From contig NC_069002.1 in assembly GCF_001194135.2 (NCBI RefSeq), forward strand, positions 18,596,239-18,660,238: DNA of 64,000 nt, read 5' to 3'. How positions within the stretch are numbered: position 1 is the first letter of the stretch; every line of letters begins with the position of its first letter. The position numbers and the translations under genes were made by a program. This document shows, in pieces, positions 52,188 through 64,000 of the stretch. Under the pieces are notes generated by a model that did no database searches, was not told the origin of the DNA, and saw nothing but the letters and a program-made list of their open reading frames with translations. Source of the DNA: Octopus bimaculoides. Taxonomy: Eukaryota.

Positions 52188-52741
52188 AGAATTACCGATC
52201 AAAGTGTACTCAAGAAAGCCAGCATTGAGGCTATGAATATTATGGAGAAGTAATACTTACAAATGAAGACAGAACCACTTGATCCTAAGCAACCTCGGTT
52301 TATTTTGAAAGATCATAAACAATTTTTTTAATAACCCATCCTTAAGACTTATCTGCACTTCCAGATCTGACATTAGTGTACTTAGTAAAAATATACTAAA
52401 TATGTTCCTACATTAATTAAAATATTAAAATTTAATTTATCGTCCAATTCATTCCAAGTCGTCGACTGGTTTAGTTCTATTACTAATAACAGGAGCACTA
52501 AGTTTATCCAGTTTGACATTTCTAGTTTGTATTCCTTCATCAACCCAATAGTACTTAATAAGGCACTTTGGCTTGCTTATAGGAAAGCTGGTCTCACCAG
52601 GGAAGGAATTAATGTTACGTTGGCAGCCAGAAAATCTATCATTCATAAAACTTGACAATAAGTTGTGGGTCCGTAAAGACACACAAGATGGTTTTAATGT
52701 TACAATGCGGAGTTCGGATTCAGCACAAGTAGCTGATTTAG

Positions 52742-52810
<69 letters not shown>

Positions 52811-54460
52811 TTTTTGAAATGGCAGAACAGTTCCCAAACATAAATGGAGGACTATATCACGATGATTGTTTACTTTACCTTCAAAATGCTTCCGACCAAA
52901 AAGTACAAAAAGTTACGAATAGTTTAGTTTTTCCGTAGAATGGGCTTAAGAATCGTTTTTGATGATGACGAAACGAAGGCCAACTTTTTAGATATTACAC
53001 TTAACTTACACAATAATTCGTACTTCCCATACCACAAACCATCGACCAATCTTAAGTATATTAGCCGATTAAGTAATCATTCTAGGGCAATTACTAGGAA
53101 CTTAGTTAAGAATATTTCATTTAGATTGTCTAAGTTATCTGCTAATGTTGACATTTTCAATGATAAGGCAGAATTTTATAACTCTGCCTTACTTAAAGCA
53201 GGTTATACAGAGAAAGGTACCTACATTAATTCCATTCAATCTTATTCTACCTTTACTAATGGAGTCATGAAATCTAGTAAGGATATAAACGATATCAATT
53301 TTAAATTATACGCCAACACTAAACAGAGGACGGGAGATAACCCTTATTTAAACACCTTTTTTCGTTCTAAAGGCAAATCGATGTCTTTCAAAGACAGCTG
53401 CACTAAAAGTAAGGCAACTAATAATAAAACTATTTGGTTAATTATTCCCTTTGGGAGGCAAATTAAATCTAATCTTCCTTTGCAGTTTCGGGAAGCTATT
53501 ATTAGGAATTTTCCGAAGAATTCTGTGTATTATTCTATTATCAAATCACACACAGTTAGGATTGGCGTTTCCAACACAAAAAAATCTTCTACAAATTATC
53601 TCCTCACATAATATTAGCCTGTTAAATAGGGATACATTTACTAATACTAACTTTAATTTAGCTGATACCATCCATCCCCCTAGAAATATTAATAACGAGG
53701 TTATTGCATCTGAAGTCGATTACAACAGAATCAAGTTTATGTCAAGTAACTCTAAAATTAAAAATTCTATATACCAGTGTAAAATTACTTCAGGTACCGA
53801 TGTCTTTTTTTTATATAGGCAGTTCCTCTTCTCAGTTATCTAAAATAATTTCTAATCATTACTCTACATTTAGGGATAGGAACAAACGTAACAGTACAAG
53901 GGTTAGTAATTTAATTTGGTATCTAAAAGACCATTAATTTAGATTAGTTGATTCTCTCAATTTCGATCTCTTATGATAAAGGCAAGGAATTCTGTCTTCT
54001 CTGAAATTCTGAACTATTTTTTAATTTTATTTTTCTAAAAATCCCCTTGTAAACACGGTTATAGAGCGTGCATAGCGATGTAAACAATGGCAGAAATACA
54101 CCTTCAGTTCATATAAGTAATATCTATCATTATATATAATTTAAACACAAATTTTCTTCTTACATTTCACATTCACTAGATATATCTTTTTCCAAGACTT
54201 TAGGGTTTTATTTAATTTACATATCGTTATATACTTCCCATTTATTTGTTTCTTTCCTTTCCTTTACCCCTCCTCTTTCTATAGTCCACCATTGACATTA
54301 TATCCTCTAACGTTATTTTTTCTAAAAACTTAATAGCGTGCAGTTCATCACTTTACATTTCCATCATATTCTGTTAAAATGTCTTATTGACGAGTTTTAT
54401 TTCTTCATTTCCTTGAACAGAAGATTACATTATTTCTTCATTTCCCTGCATAGAAGATAA
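52188..54460 (+). mobile_element. Penelope-like element of a different clade (Nematis-type), decayed
   Basis: LKDHKQFFNNPSLRLI, WVRK..DGFNVTMRSSDSAQVADLV, GLYHDD, ANFLDITLNL, PYHKP, YIGSSS...NH...NSTRVSNLIWYLK; clade name is from motif recall. Confidence 0.85.
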
Positions 54461-55439
54461 TTATATGTATATATATATNNNNNNNNNNNNNNNNNNNNNN
54501 NNNNNNNNNNNNNNNNNNNNNNNNNNNNNNNNNNNTATATATATAGATAGATAGATAGATAGATAGATATATAGATATATAGATAGATAGATAGATATAT
54601 AGATATATAGATATATATACTTTAGATAAAATGCTAAATGGCCTGTAAACTTACTTTCTTTGAGTAGGAATGGCGAATGTGAGTTTTATCCCTTTCTCAA
54701 AGACTTTTACCAAAGCTCGAGAATAAAACCTTCTCGTCTGCATGAACACCGGTTACGAACATTGCGACCACCAATAACAATAACTACAACACCAGCGTAA
54801 CAACTTTAAGAACACTACTACCACTACAACCAACGCCACCATAGTCACCATCACCACCATAGTCACCATCACCACCACCACCATTCTACACTACACCTTT
54901 ACCTTCCCAGACGACATAGTCCACATAAATTGTTAAGCAGCTGACGTTTCTAGTCGTCCATGTTTGTTTTACGTCGTCTCCTGACAATAACTCAATGGAA
55001 CTCATCGTCAATCAACAACAATTTTACTGCCACCACTGCCACCATCACCTCCGCTTTCACTGCCACCAACGCCACCATTACGTACTTGTCAAGTAGAATC
55101 AAGTCTGACATTGAGTGTATGACAAGGCTGTACCTTTAAATTTAACATCTGACCAGTTTCCTTAAAACACAATATCTGCCAGTTTCAGATATGGCTCGAC
55201 CAGAGACGAGGAGAAAGATACTTACCCAGAATTCCACAAAGTCTCATCGAACACGAAACCTCACAATTGCTATGGAAACTTCTTAACCATAAACTTCTTA
55301 ACTATCACGCAATCCTGCATCGATATAACAGTTAATAATAACAACATCTTCGCTCCTTTCACCAGGGATTCCGCACCAACATCACGGACAGCATACTTCC
55401 CCTTCACAAGACCCAGCACAGCAATTAGCACCGACTGCA

Positions 55440-55497
<58 letters not shown>

Positions 55498-55883
55498 GAA
55501 AAATGACAAGAATACCATTAGAGTTAGCACTAAGGAATACCCTGGCATAAACCCTCAACAATGATAATAAAAGAGAATTCAACACTAGTATAAGAGAGAA
55601 TATTGTTATCGTTTAAGACGAAGCTAGAGAACAATGTTACTTGCAGGTCCTCCTAAATCATAAATCTCTGCTATTCATAACAACATTACAGTATCAACAA
55701 ATATCATTGTATTGAAACGCACACAGAAAATGTCGGCCATATTGCTGAAATAAAAAATAACAGAAACAAATAGCTTGTAGAGTGCTCTGGGTGATACACA
55801 CTTTGGTATATTGTCGAACACAGACTTTCTTTCCTTCTCTCTCTCTCCCTCTCTATCTCTCTCTCTCTCTCCCTCTCTATCTC

Positions 55884-55914
<31 letters not shown>

Positions 55915-56703
55915 CCCTCTCTATCTCTCTCTCTCCTTTTCCCCATCTCTCACGCGCATGTGCACACACATACATACATGTTTGTTTGTGTGACAGTCTA
56001 CATAAATTACATATAAATATGTGTATCTGTGTGTGTGTGTATATATGTGTATGTGAGTGTATGTATATATATATATATATATATANNNNNNNNNNNNNNN
56101 NNNNNNNNNNNNNNNNNNNNNNNNNNNNNNNNNNNNNNNNNNNNNNNNNNNNNNNNNNNNNNNNNNNNNNNNNNNNNNNNNNNNNNNNNNNNNNNNNNNN
56201 NNNNNNNNNNNNNNNNNNNNNNNNNNNNNNNNNNNNNNNNNNNNNNNNNNNNNNNNNNNNNNNNNNNNNNNNNNNNNNNNNNNNNNNNNNNNNNNNNNNN
56301 NNNNNNNNNNNNNNNNNNNNNNNNNNNNNNNNNNNNNNNNNNNNNNNNNNNNNNNNNNNNNNNATATATATATATATATATATATAGTTATATTTTACTT
56401 ACATATGTGTATGCGTATATGTATGTGCGCGTGGGAGTATGTGGGTTTGTGTGTGTCCGTGTGTGCATGTGTGTGTGTGCATGTGTGTGTGCGTGTGTGT
56501 GTATGAACATGTATGTGTGTCGTATGTGTGTCGTGTGTGTGAGAGGTATATGTGCATTCATGTGTGTATGCGGGTGCGTGTGTTTTTTCGTGTGTATTTA
56601 TGTACTTATGTGCGTGTATGTGTGGCTCCAGCCACACATACACACGCACATATATATATGCGTGTATGTGTGTATATACATACATACATATATGTACACA
56701 CAG

Positions 56704-56752
<49 letters not shown>

Positions 56753-57370
56753 NNNNNNNNNNNNNNNNNNNNNNNNNNNNNNNNNNNNNNNNNNNNNNNN
56801 NNNNNNNNNNNNNNNNNNNNNNNNNNNNNNNNNNNNNNNNNNNNNNNNNNNNNNNNNNNNNNNNNNNNNNNNNNNNNNNNNNNNNNNNACTACGTTAGTG
56901 GTTGAATATATTCTTAAGTTTACCATTTTGTCAATCGCAGCAGCTTCCAAGCTTCACTACTAATTCAGGTCTCAACTAAACTGCAAACTGTTAGTAGTTT
57001 TAAAGAGGACACCTCCTTAGCTACACTTTGGCATAAATAGTTTCAGATTTGGTTCAGTAGAAAATAAGTTGCATCAAAATATGTCAGACCTCAAGTGAGC
57101 AGTAAGACAGATATTCATCTACAACTAATGTAAATTTTTTAATTTTAAATTAAAAGTATACTTTTCTTAGGCTTAAATGACTGAAAATTGCATGAGGAAC
57201 TCAGAATCATTAGTCGCATTGAACAAAAATTAGTAGAAAAACAGTTATGAGGTAAAATGTTACGAAATTTAATATCTGTAAGTGAGGAAGTAAGAAGTAA
57301 CGCCAAAGCAATAAGAATGAAGAATATATTTCTAAAATGATTGCTTCCGTGCTAATACTGCGAGTTTGTA

Positions 57371-57457
57371 GAAGCATTAGCAGGTTGGGTGAAATGTTTA
57401 TCGGTATTTCTTTTGTCTTTATGTTTTGAGTTCAAATTTCGCTGAGATCGACTTTGA
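57371..57457 (+). mobile_element. SINE family A head, degraded
   Basis: cattagcaggttgggtgaaatgtttatcggtatttc...gagttcaaatttcgctgagatcgactttg. Confidence 0.65.
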
Positions 57458-57534
57458 CGCACAGATTATTTCATTAATTTTTTTTTAACTAAAAACTTTC
57501 AAACTTCCTATACTAGTAGAGAATGATAAAATTC

Positions 57535-57780
57535 AGCACCATGGTATTTGGAATGATCACTAATGATGGCGACGTTATGCCTCCATTCATCTACCCACAC
57601 GTAATCACATTCAATATGGAGGCCTATATCGAGTACCTGGAGGATTTAGTCCTGCCCTGGGTCAATAGGGTGGCTGCTAGAAGGCCGTATGTCTGGCAAC
57701 ACGACTCTGCACCATGCAACAGAAGCAGAAGAACCCGGTTATGGCTGTCAGTTAAATTCTGCGACCACATCACCCAATTT
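57535..57780 (+). mobile_element. DD37D (maT-like) transposase fragment, same family as 34009-34630
   Basis: MVFGMITNDGDVMPPFI...VLPWVNRVAARRPYVWQHDSAPC. Confidence 0.85.
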
Positions 57781-57832
57781 AAGTAAAAGATAATGATTCC
57801 AGATGGGGTCGATCTTGCAATCTCGTTATTGC

Positions 57833-57881
<49 letters not shown>

Positions 57882-59648
57882 AAGTGTGAACTAATGAGGA
57901 ATATATAAGTGAGAGTATGGAATGTATTAACAACGTAGAGCCTTTTATAACACGTTCATTTATAAACGGAAGTGAATTAACATACAACGCCTTATAGAGA
58001 ATAGGTTTGTAAGATAACATCTATCATTAGACATAAGCCTAGCATTTCTTAATCCAAGTATGGTATATCTGATAAGGAGTGTATATATCAAGCGAACTTG
58101 GCAAAGGGATTACTTATTAGAAATATAAAAATAATAGAATTTTACACAATTTGTAATGGAAATCTTGATATAGTTTCTATCGGAAGAGCTGAATCTCTGT
58201 ACTCTGTGGAATATAGTGAAGAGCGTTGATAATAAATGATAAATGTAATACTGAGGTGATATCAAAACTCGGCATTGTGCTGTTTCCGTTGAGCATTTGT
58301 GATAGCAAAAGATCATAAAATGATTTCTGCACGAAGGAAAGGCTGATACACTTCATATGACAGGAATTTTGCAACAAAAGAAATCAATAATAGCAAGTGA
58401 AGTCACCAATCACGCGTTTCTCGGCTCAAGTCCACTGAATAACACCTTGGTGTTGGCTTCGTGTTAGGGAATTTACAATTTTCCGTCTGTGAACACAAAC
58501 GCAAACATATACACAAATAGACACACACACACACATCCATGTTCACTTACGCACGTACACGTGCGCGTGCACCGTAGTAGATATTCAAAAGAACAAGTGT
58601 CACAGTCATTGAAGATATTGAAATATCGCGGTGAAATAGTGTGGTGACAGAGTTGTTTATTGAAATACAAAAGTGAGGGAAGTAGAATAAGACAAGTAGA
58701 AAGAGAGAGAGAGAGAAGAATAGATAGATAGAGAGAGAGAGAGAGAGAGGGAGAGAGAGGTGGAGTCTAAGTGCAATGACGAACATATGGGAAGGCGTAT
58801 AGAACCGTAAGAAAAGTGAGAAAGCGAGTTAGTGAGTACTGGATCAAGTGAGATTAATCAAACAAAAATAAAACAAACAAACAAGAAACAAAGAGTAAAG
58901 ATAGATTGGTGGGTAGGGAAGAGAGTGGGGTCATCCACGGTCTCGTATGTGATTCAAACACAAATATTGTTTACAATATTTTGAAATTAGGAAAGTATGT
59001 TAGGTTAAACTGATCGAGTAGCTAATTAAAAAAGAACTGTTAATGTTTTTCTCGGTCTGTAATGTGGTAAGGTGTGATACATCAGAGAATTCGCTGCTTT
59101 AGAAGAACGAACCTGGATTTACATTTCATAGAACATCTTATCGGATTGATGATATTCGCAATGGAACACTACCTGGGTCTAGTTGACATTTTGTCACATT
59201 CAAAGCCCTTTTTGCAATCTGTGGTAAGACAGTAAAAGAAAATTAAGAAGAAACGTTATCATCAGAAATTGGTTTAATGTTTCCAAACTCTCTAAAACAA
59301 CAGACAAACTACTATTCAACAATGGTTGATACAACACGATTGCGAGCATTTGTAAGACATTACTTTCATTTTTGTATACTTTTGTGAGTTTGATTTAGGA
59401 AAACGTTGAGAAAATTACACTTTACTTACAAGGTTGCAAAGGAAGACACTGTAAGAATGGTGCCAAATCGTTTGATGAAAATCGTCTCATTACTTTTTCG
59501 TTTTGTGGCTGTCATACACGACATAGCACTGCTTCAACAGACGGCTATAATGAAGCGTTTCGGATTTTCGGAACTATTTAAAGTGTCTATAATACTTATT
59601 CTTACAGTCTGAACAAGTCAAAGTCTAACACACACACACACACACACA

Positions 59649-59748
<100 letters not shown>

Positions 59749-60280
59749 CACATTGCCATTCAGTTTAACGTATATCATCTATCACTTGTGGTCAACCAGA
59801 ATCGCTAATGAGATTTGTATCAAATTTTCCCTATCGCTTGCAGGATGCTTTCAAACTTAATCTCTCATCAAACACCAGATAAGAAGTAAGAGCACTATTA
59901 AAACGTATTCTCTTTCATATATACTCATGTCAGAGTTGCTGCTTTTTATTAATCGTTAAGACATGATATGACATGCTTCAGATGCCAAGAGGCAATTGGT
60001 AATATTCAAGTCAACATTGGAGTGGTTGGCGAAAGTCTGCAAGAATTATGAGATCAGTTTGACACTGTTGATAAAATCAATATAAATAGCACATGGTTTG
60101 CAAATTGAGATTAAACTCTACTGAGCTGAGGAACGAAGAAGAAATAAAAGTTTAGATTGGCAGCCAGTCGGGTGGTGGAAGCCAGACAATGGTTCCTTAT
60201 ATACAAAATCATTATTTAAAAACCGTTATTTATTTATTGTCGATTTCATTATTCAGTAATTCTTTTCTCGTGAGATTAAT

Positions 60281-60344
60281 TAAATTGTGTTTCAGTTATA
60301 ATTCTGATCACCGGTGATCAGAATTATAACTGAAACACAATTTA
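60281..60344. repeat. Perfect 64-bp spacerless palindrome
   Basis: TAAATTGTGTTTCAGTTATAATTCTGATCACC / GGTGATCAGAATTATAACTGAAACACAATTTA. Confidence 0.97.
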
Positions 60345-60775
60345 TATAAGTTTCTTGTTTGATCAAACAAGAAACTTATAGAGATCATTGGGAAAGGGAG
60401 AAAGGAACAACATAGTGTAGGTAAGTGGTTTTAAGTTCACAGTAAGTTTATAAGTTAGTGTCATGGCATTTGAGATTGACATTTCCACACAGAGAGAAGA
60501 AGAATCGCTCATCTCGAGTAGAAACAATAAACTAATAATCGACGTATACGCACTCGCTTTTAAACAGACGCATATACAAACGCACACCTACGCATACTGT
60601 ATATATATATACATATATATATATATGTATTATATGTTCAAACTCTGCCGAAGACGGCTTTGCCTTTTATCTTTTAGGAGATTGAAGAAATAAGAACCTG
60701 TTGAGTACGGGGGTGGGGGAGTCGATGTAATCGCGTTGCTACTCACCCAAACTTTCACGCCTTGTGCCCAGTGTG

Positions 60776-60830
<55 letters not shown>

Positions 60831-61363
60831 NNNNNNNNNNNNNNNNNNNNNNNNNNNNNNNNNNNNNNNNNNNNNNNNNNNNNNNNNNNNNNNNNNNNNN
60901 NNNNNNNNNNNNNNNNNNNNNNNNNNNNNNNNNNNNNNNNNNNNNNNNNNNNNNNNNNNNNNNNNNNNNNNNNNNNNNNNNNNNNNNNNNNNNNNNNNNN
61001 NNNNNNNNNNNNNNNNNNNNNNNNNNNNNNNNNNNNNNNNNNNNNNNNNNNNNNNNNNNNNNNNNNNNNNNNNNNNNNNNNNNNNNNNNNNNNNNNNNNN
61101 NNNNNNNNNNNNNNNNNNNNNNNNNNNNNNNNNNNNNNNNNNNNNNNNNNNNNNNNNNNNNNNNNNNNNNNNNNNNNNNNNNNNNNNNNNNNNNNNNNNN
61201 NNNNNNNNNNNNNNNNNNNNNNNNNNNNNNNNNNNNNNNNNNNNNNNNNNNNNNNNNNNNNNNNNNNNNNNNNNNNNNNNNNNNNNNNNNNNNNNNNNNN
61301 NNNNNNNNNNNNNNNNNNNNNNNNNNNNNNNNNNNNNNNNNNNNNNNNNNNNNNNNNNNNNNN

Positions 61364-61452
<89 letters not shown>

Positions 61453-62619
61453 GTGTGTGTGATTGTATTTATGCTTGTATTATGTATGTATAAAATCAAA
61501 ATAAGCAACAAAATATCAAGTAATAATGCAGTACAACCGTTTCAAGCGACTCTATTTAATTGAACAATGCAAATATTACATCAATTTAAATGAAGTGTTA
61601 TCTTCAGCTGTACAAAATATAGAATTTTTTAACAAGTAGGACACAATAGTATGATTTTTCTAAAATATTTTAACTTAGTAAGAAGATGGAAGAAATTCAT
61701 GTTGTCGGTATTATAGCAAAGTGGTTAAGAATACAATACATTGTCTGAGAATCGCATAGAGAATAGTGGAGTCATAGGATTGTAATGGTTGTAATTCATT
61801 TCTGATTTATTTATCTCTTTATCCACTATTAGATCTGAGACCAGCAGACTGAGTCAACTTTGAATAAAGAACAAGAGTGAGTTGACATCTCATGGCTAGG
61901 TATGGTCATAAATATTATCATAGGTATCCCTTTTATTCAAGAGAAAGGAAATAAGACATTAGGAAGAGTCAATTTGATAGAAAGTAACAGTCTATAAAAA
62001 AAAGAGAGGCAGGGTAGACTTTAAATCATGATGTTAATTACCAGTTAAAGGGTAAGACACTAAGAAACTTAAGATGCTAATACGGGGAAAATTTATTAGG
62101 GGCACAATGGGAGAACATTTATGAACAATATTGTTATGCTGAATAAAAATAAAATTTAAGAATTCCAAACTAATATAACGAAAATAGCTTAAATGTGTAT
62201 GTATTATTATAAACATTAAAAAGGAATATTATGTAGAATCAGTTTAATAGCCATTCTTGTGTTTAATTAATTAATTATTAGGTGGTTTCTATAAATACTG
62301 CTCAAGGCACTTACATATGGAATATCTGTAAAAATACACATACTATTTATTAATTTTAAGCCATGAATCAGAAGCGGGATATTGAGAATAATGCTAATAC
62401 ATAGACATATTTAAAAAAAAAATTATAATATCTAAAGTATAAAAATATATATAAATACTCGAAAATGTGATGATATAAGTATGTGTATAGTGTAAGATAA
62501 TGCATACAGATACATATACAAAGAGGGTTTTTTTTATACATATACATGCATACACATACAGATGTGTGCATGTATGCATATATACATATACACAAATATT
62601 TATATGCTTATATATGCAA

Positions 62620-62842
62620 AGCGGGAGAATACCCAGTGCTGTGCACGTTGGCGTGGTGGTGCTGCCGAGAAAGGACCCGAACAAGAGCGACTAAATAAAT
62701 AATTTCAGACCCATAACTCTGCTAAACACAAATTATAAGATTTTGGCCAAGGTGTTAATCAAGAGGTTTTCGCTTGTCGTCGGTAAGCCGGTCAGTAATG
62801 CGCAGGCATGCGCTATTCCGAACAAATCTATCCACGACAACC
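62620..62842 (+). mobile_element. L1/Tx1 RT N-terminal fragment
   Basis: GVVVLPRKDPNKSD*INNFRPITLLNTNYKILAKVL...AIPNKSIHDN; related to 39577. Confidence 0.88.
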
Positions 62843-64000
62843 AGGAAGACGATATCAACCTGTACTAGATAATGGAGATGTAGGTGTTTACATCGCCTGC
62901 CCAAATTTTCAGGAATAACTTTCTCCTGGTCTCCTTCTTGCTAAGACTGGTTGAACTGTCATCACCTTGTGCCAGTTCTTATACTGGACATCTGGATCAG
63001 ACCAAATCCCAAGTAATTTAACAACTGCCCAAGAGGTTCAGGGACCATCTTAAGCTTGTTTTCATCTTCTGTAACATTCAACCGGCACAACTTGAACTCT
63101 TTGCTTGGAACTGGCAAACCTAGCGCTCCCTCTGCGACGAAGGAACTGAACACTTTGAACTAATCCGACGTGAACAACTTGAGGAGCAGTGACGTCAATG
63201 TCGTCTCAAACTCATCGAGTGTGTTCATGGACATGCCATAAAAGGGTCGGACTATTTCCACATCTATCAACTCACAAAATGTAGGATAAGACTCTAAGAC
63301 GACAACGTCGTCGACAACATTGTCGGACAGCCATAAGCAAGTAACCAAGTAAGTTTGTGTTGGATTTGGTGAGGTAAGTACTCCAAGTTACATCATCCAA
63401 ATCTTCGGAGTTTCTAATGAGGACAGATTTGTTTGACCCTTTTTCTTCTTTCCGTTTTTACGGAGAGAATTTTCCATTTTTCGTCATTGTTGTCTTCATT
63501 ACACAAAATACCTGAGTGATCAGAATGGAGGAGGGCTATGTCTCATCGAATGTGATTGGAGGATTTTGTCGCTGATACTGGTGATGCTGTTCTTGTTATT
63601 GTTGTCAAGAAGAGAGTTCTGTGACTTCAGTTAGTGATGCAGCTTCTGCAGCTACTGCTGATGATGAGGATTTTGCTGCTGCAGCTCTTGTTGCAATTGT
63701 GTGTTATTGTTCATGTTTATCAAGCTGTGGCGTTAGCAGGAATGGAGGACTTCTTTCATTTGCCCTCGGTCGTGGACAGAAAGCCTTGTGGTAGATGGTC
63801 ACACACGTGACATTATGGCCTTCGGCCTTTTACCTCCACATACAAATGGACTCCCACCTGGAAAGTGAATCAAGTTGAAGATGGGTTCGATTTTCTCCTG
63901 ATCTGTTCGGATGAAGATCTCCATTCGTATCCCCGACCAGTTTTCTTTGCGCGTCTCTAATGTTTGCGTCTCCTCTTCAATGTTGTCACATACAGTTGCT
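62843..64000 (-). mobile_element. Decayed gag-like ORF1 of a LINE (L1/Tx1-like), runs off the right window edge
   Basis: VKGRRP*CHVCD...HKAFCP, a CCHC-type knuckle at ~63776-63812 (read through a frameshift); Thr/Ser-rich linker; ends KIWAGDVNTYISII*. Confidence 0.6.

Noticed and set aside
54380-54410. Hammerhead in the 3' end of the Nematis-type PLE (TTGACGAG)
   Set aside because: No GAAA or stems follow.

Overview
Repeat-dense, AT-rich animal genomic DNA with many N-gaps and microsatellites. It is most likely a cephalopod (Octopus-like) draft assembly; this is inferred from recognisable SINE and MITE families, not from a search. I could not confidently identify any host gene, rRNA, tRNA or CRISPR array. 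The window is a mosaic of decayed mobile elements: four Penelope-like elements (PLEs; three Neptune-type, one Nematis-type), an RTE LINE, L1/Tx1 LINE pieces, the REL domain of an R2-superclade LINE, a Gypsy pol remnant, several Tc1/mariner lineages (DD34D, DD34E, DD37D, MITEs) and three tRNA-derived SINE families. The most interesting signal is RNA structure. (1) An ORF-less ~531-bp unit at 49574-50686 carries a type I hammerhead ribozyme with an extended helix II. It is present as ~1.35 head-to-tail turns plus a ~400-bp inversion, and a second family copy at 13941-14251 starts almost exactly at the predicted cleavage site. This resembles a retrozyme or circular-RNA-derived retroelement. (2) Two diverged Neptune PLEs each carry a minimal hammerhead in which the normally invariant C3-G8 core pair is replaced by A3-U8, while helices I and II differ completely in sequence yet still pair. 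All structures were read by eye and none were computed.
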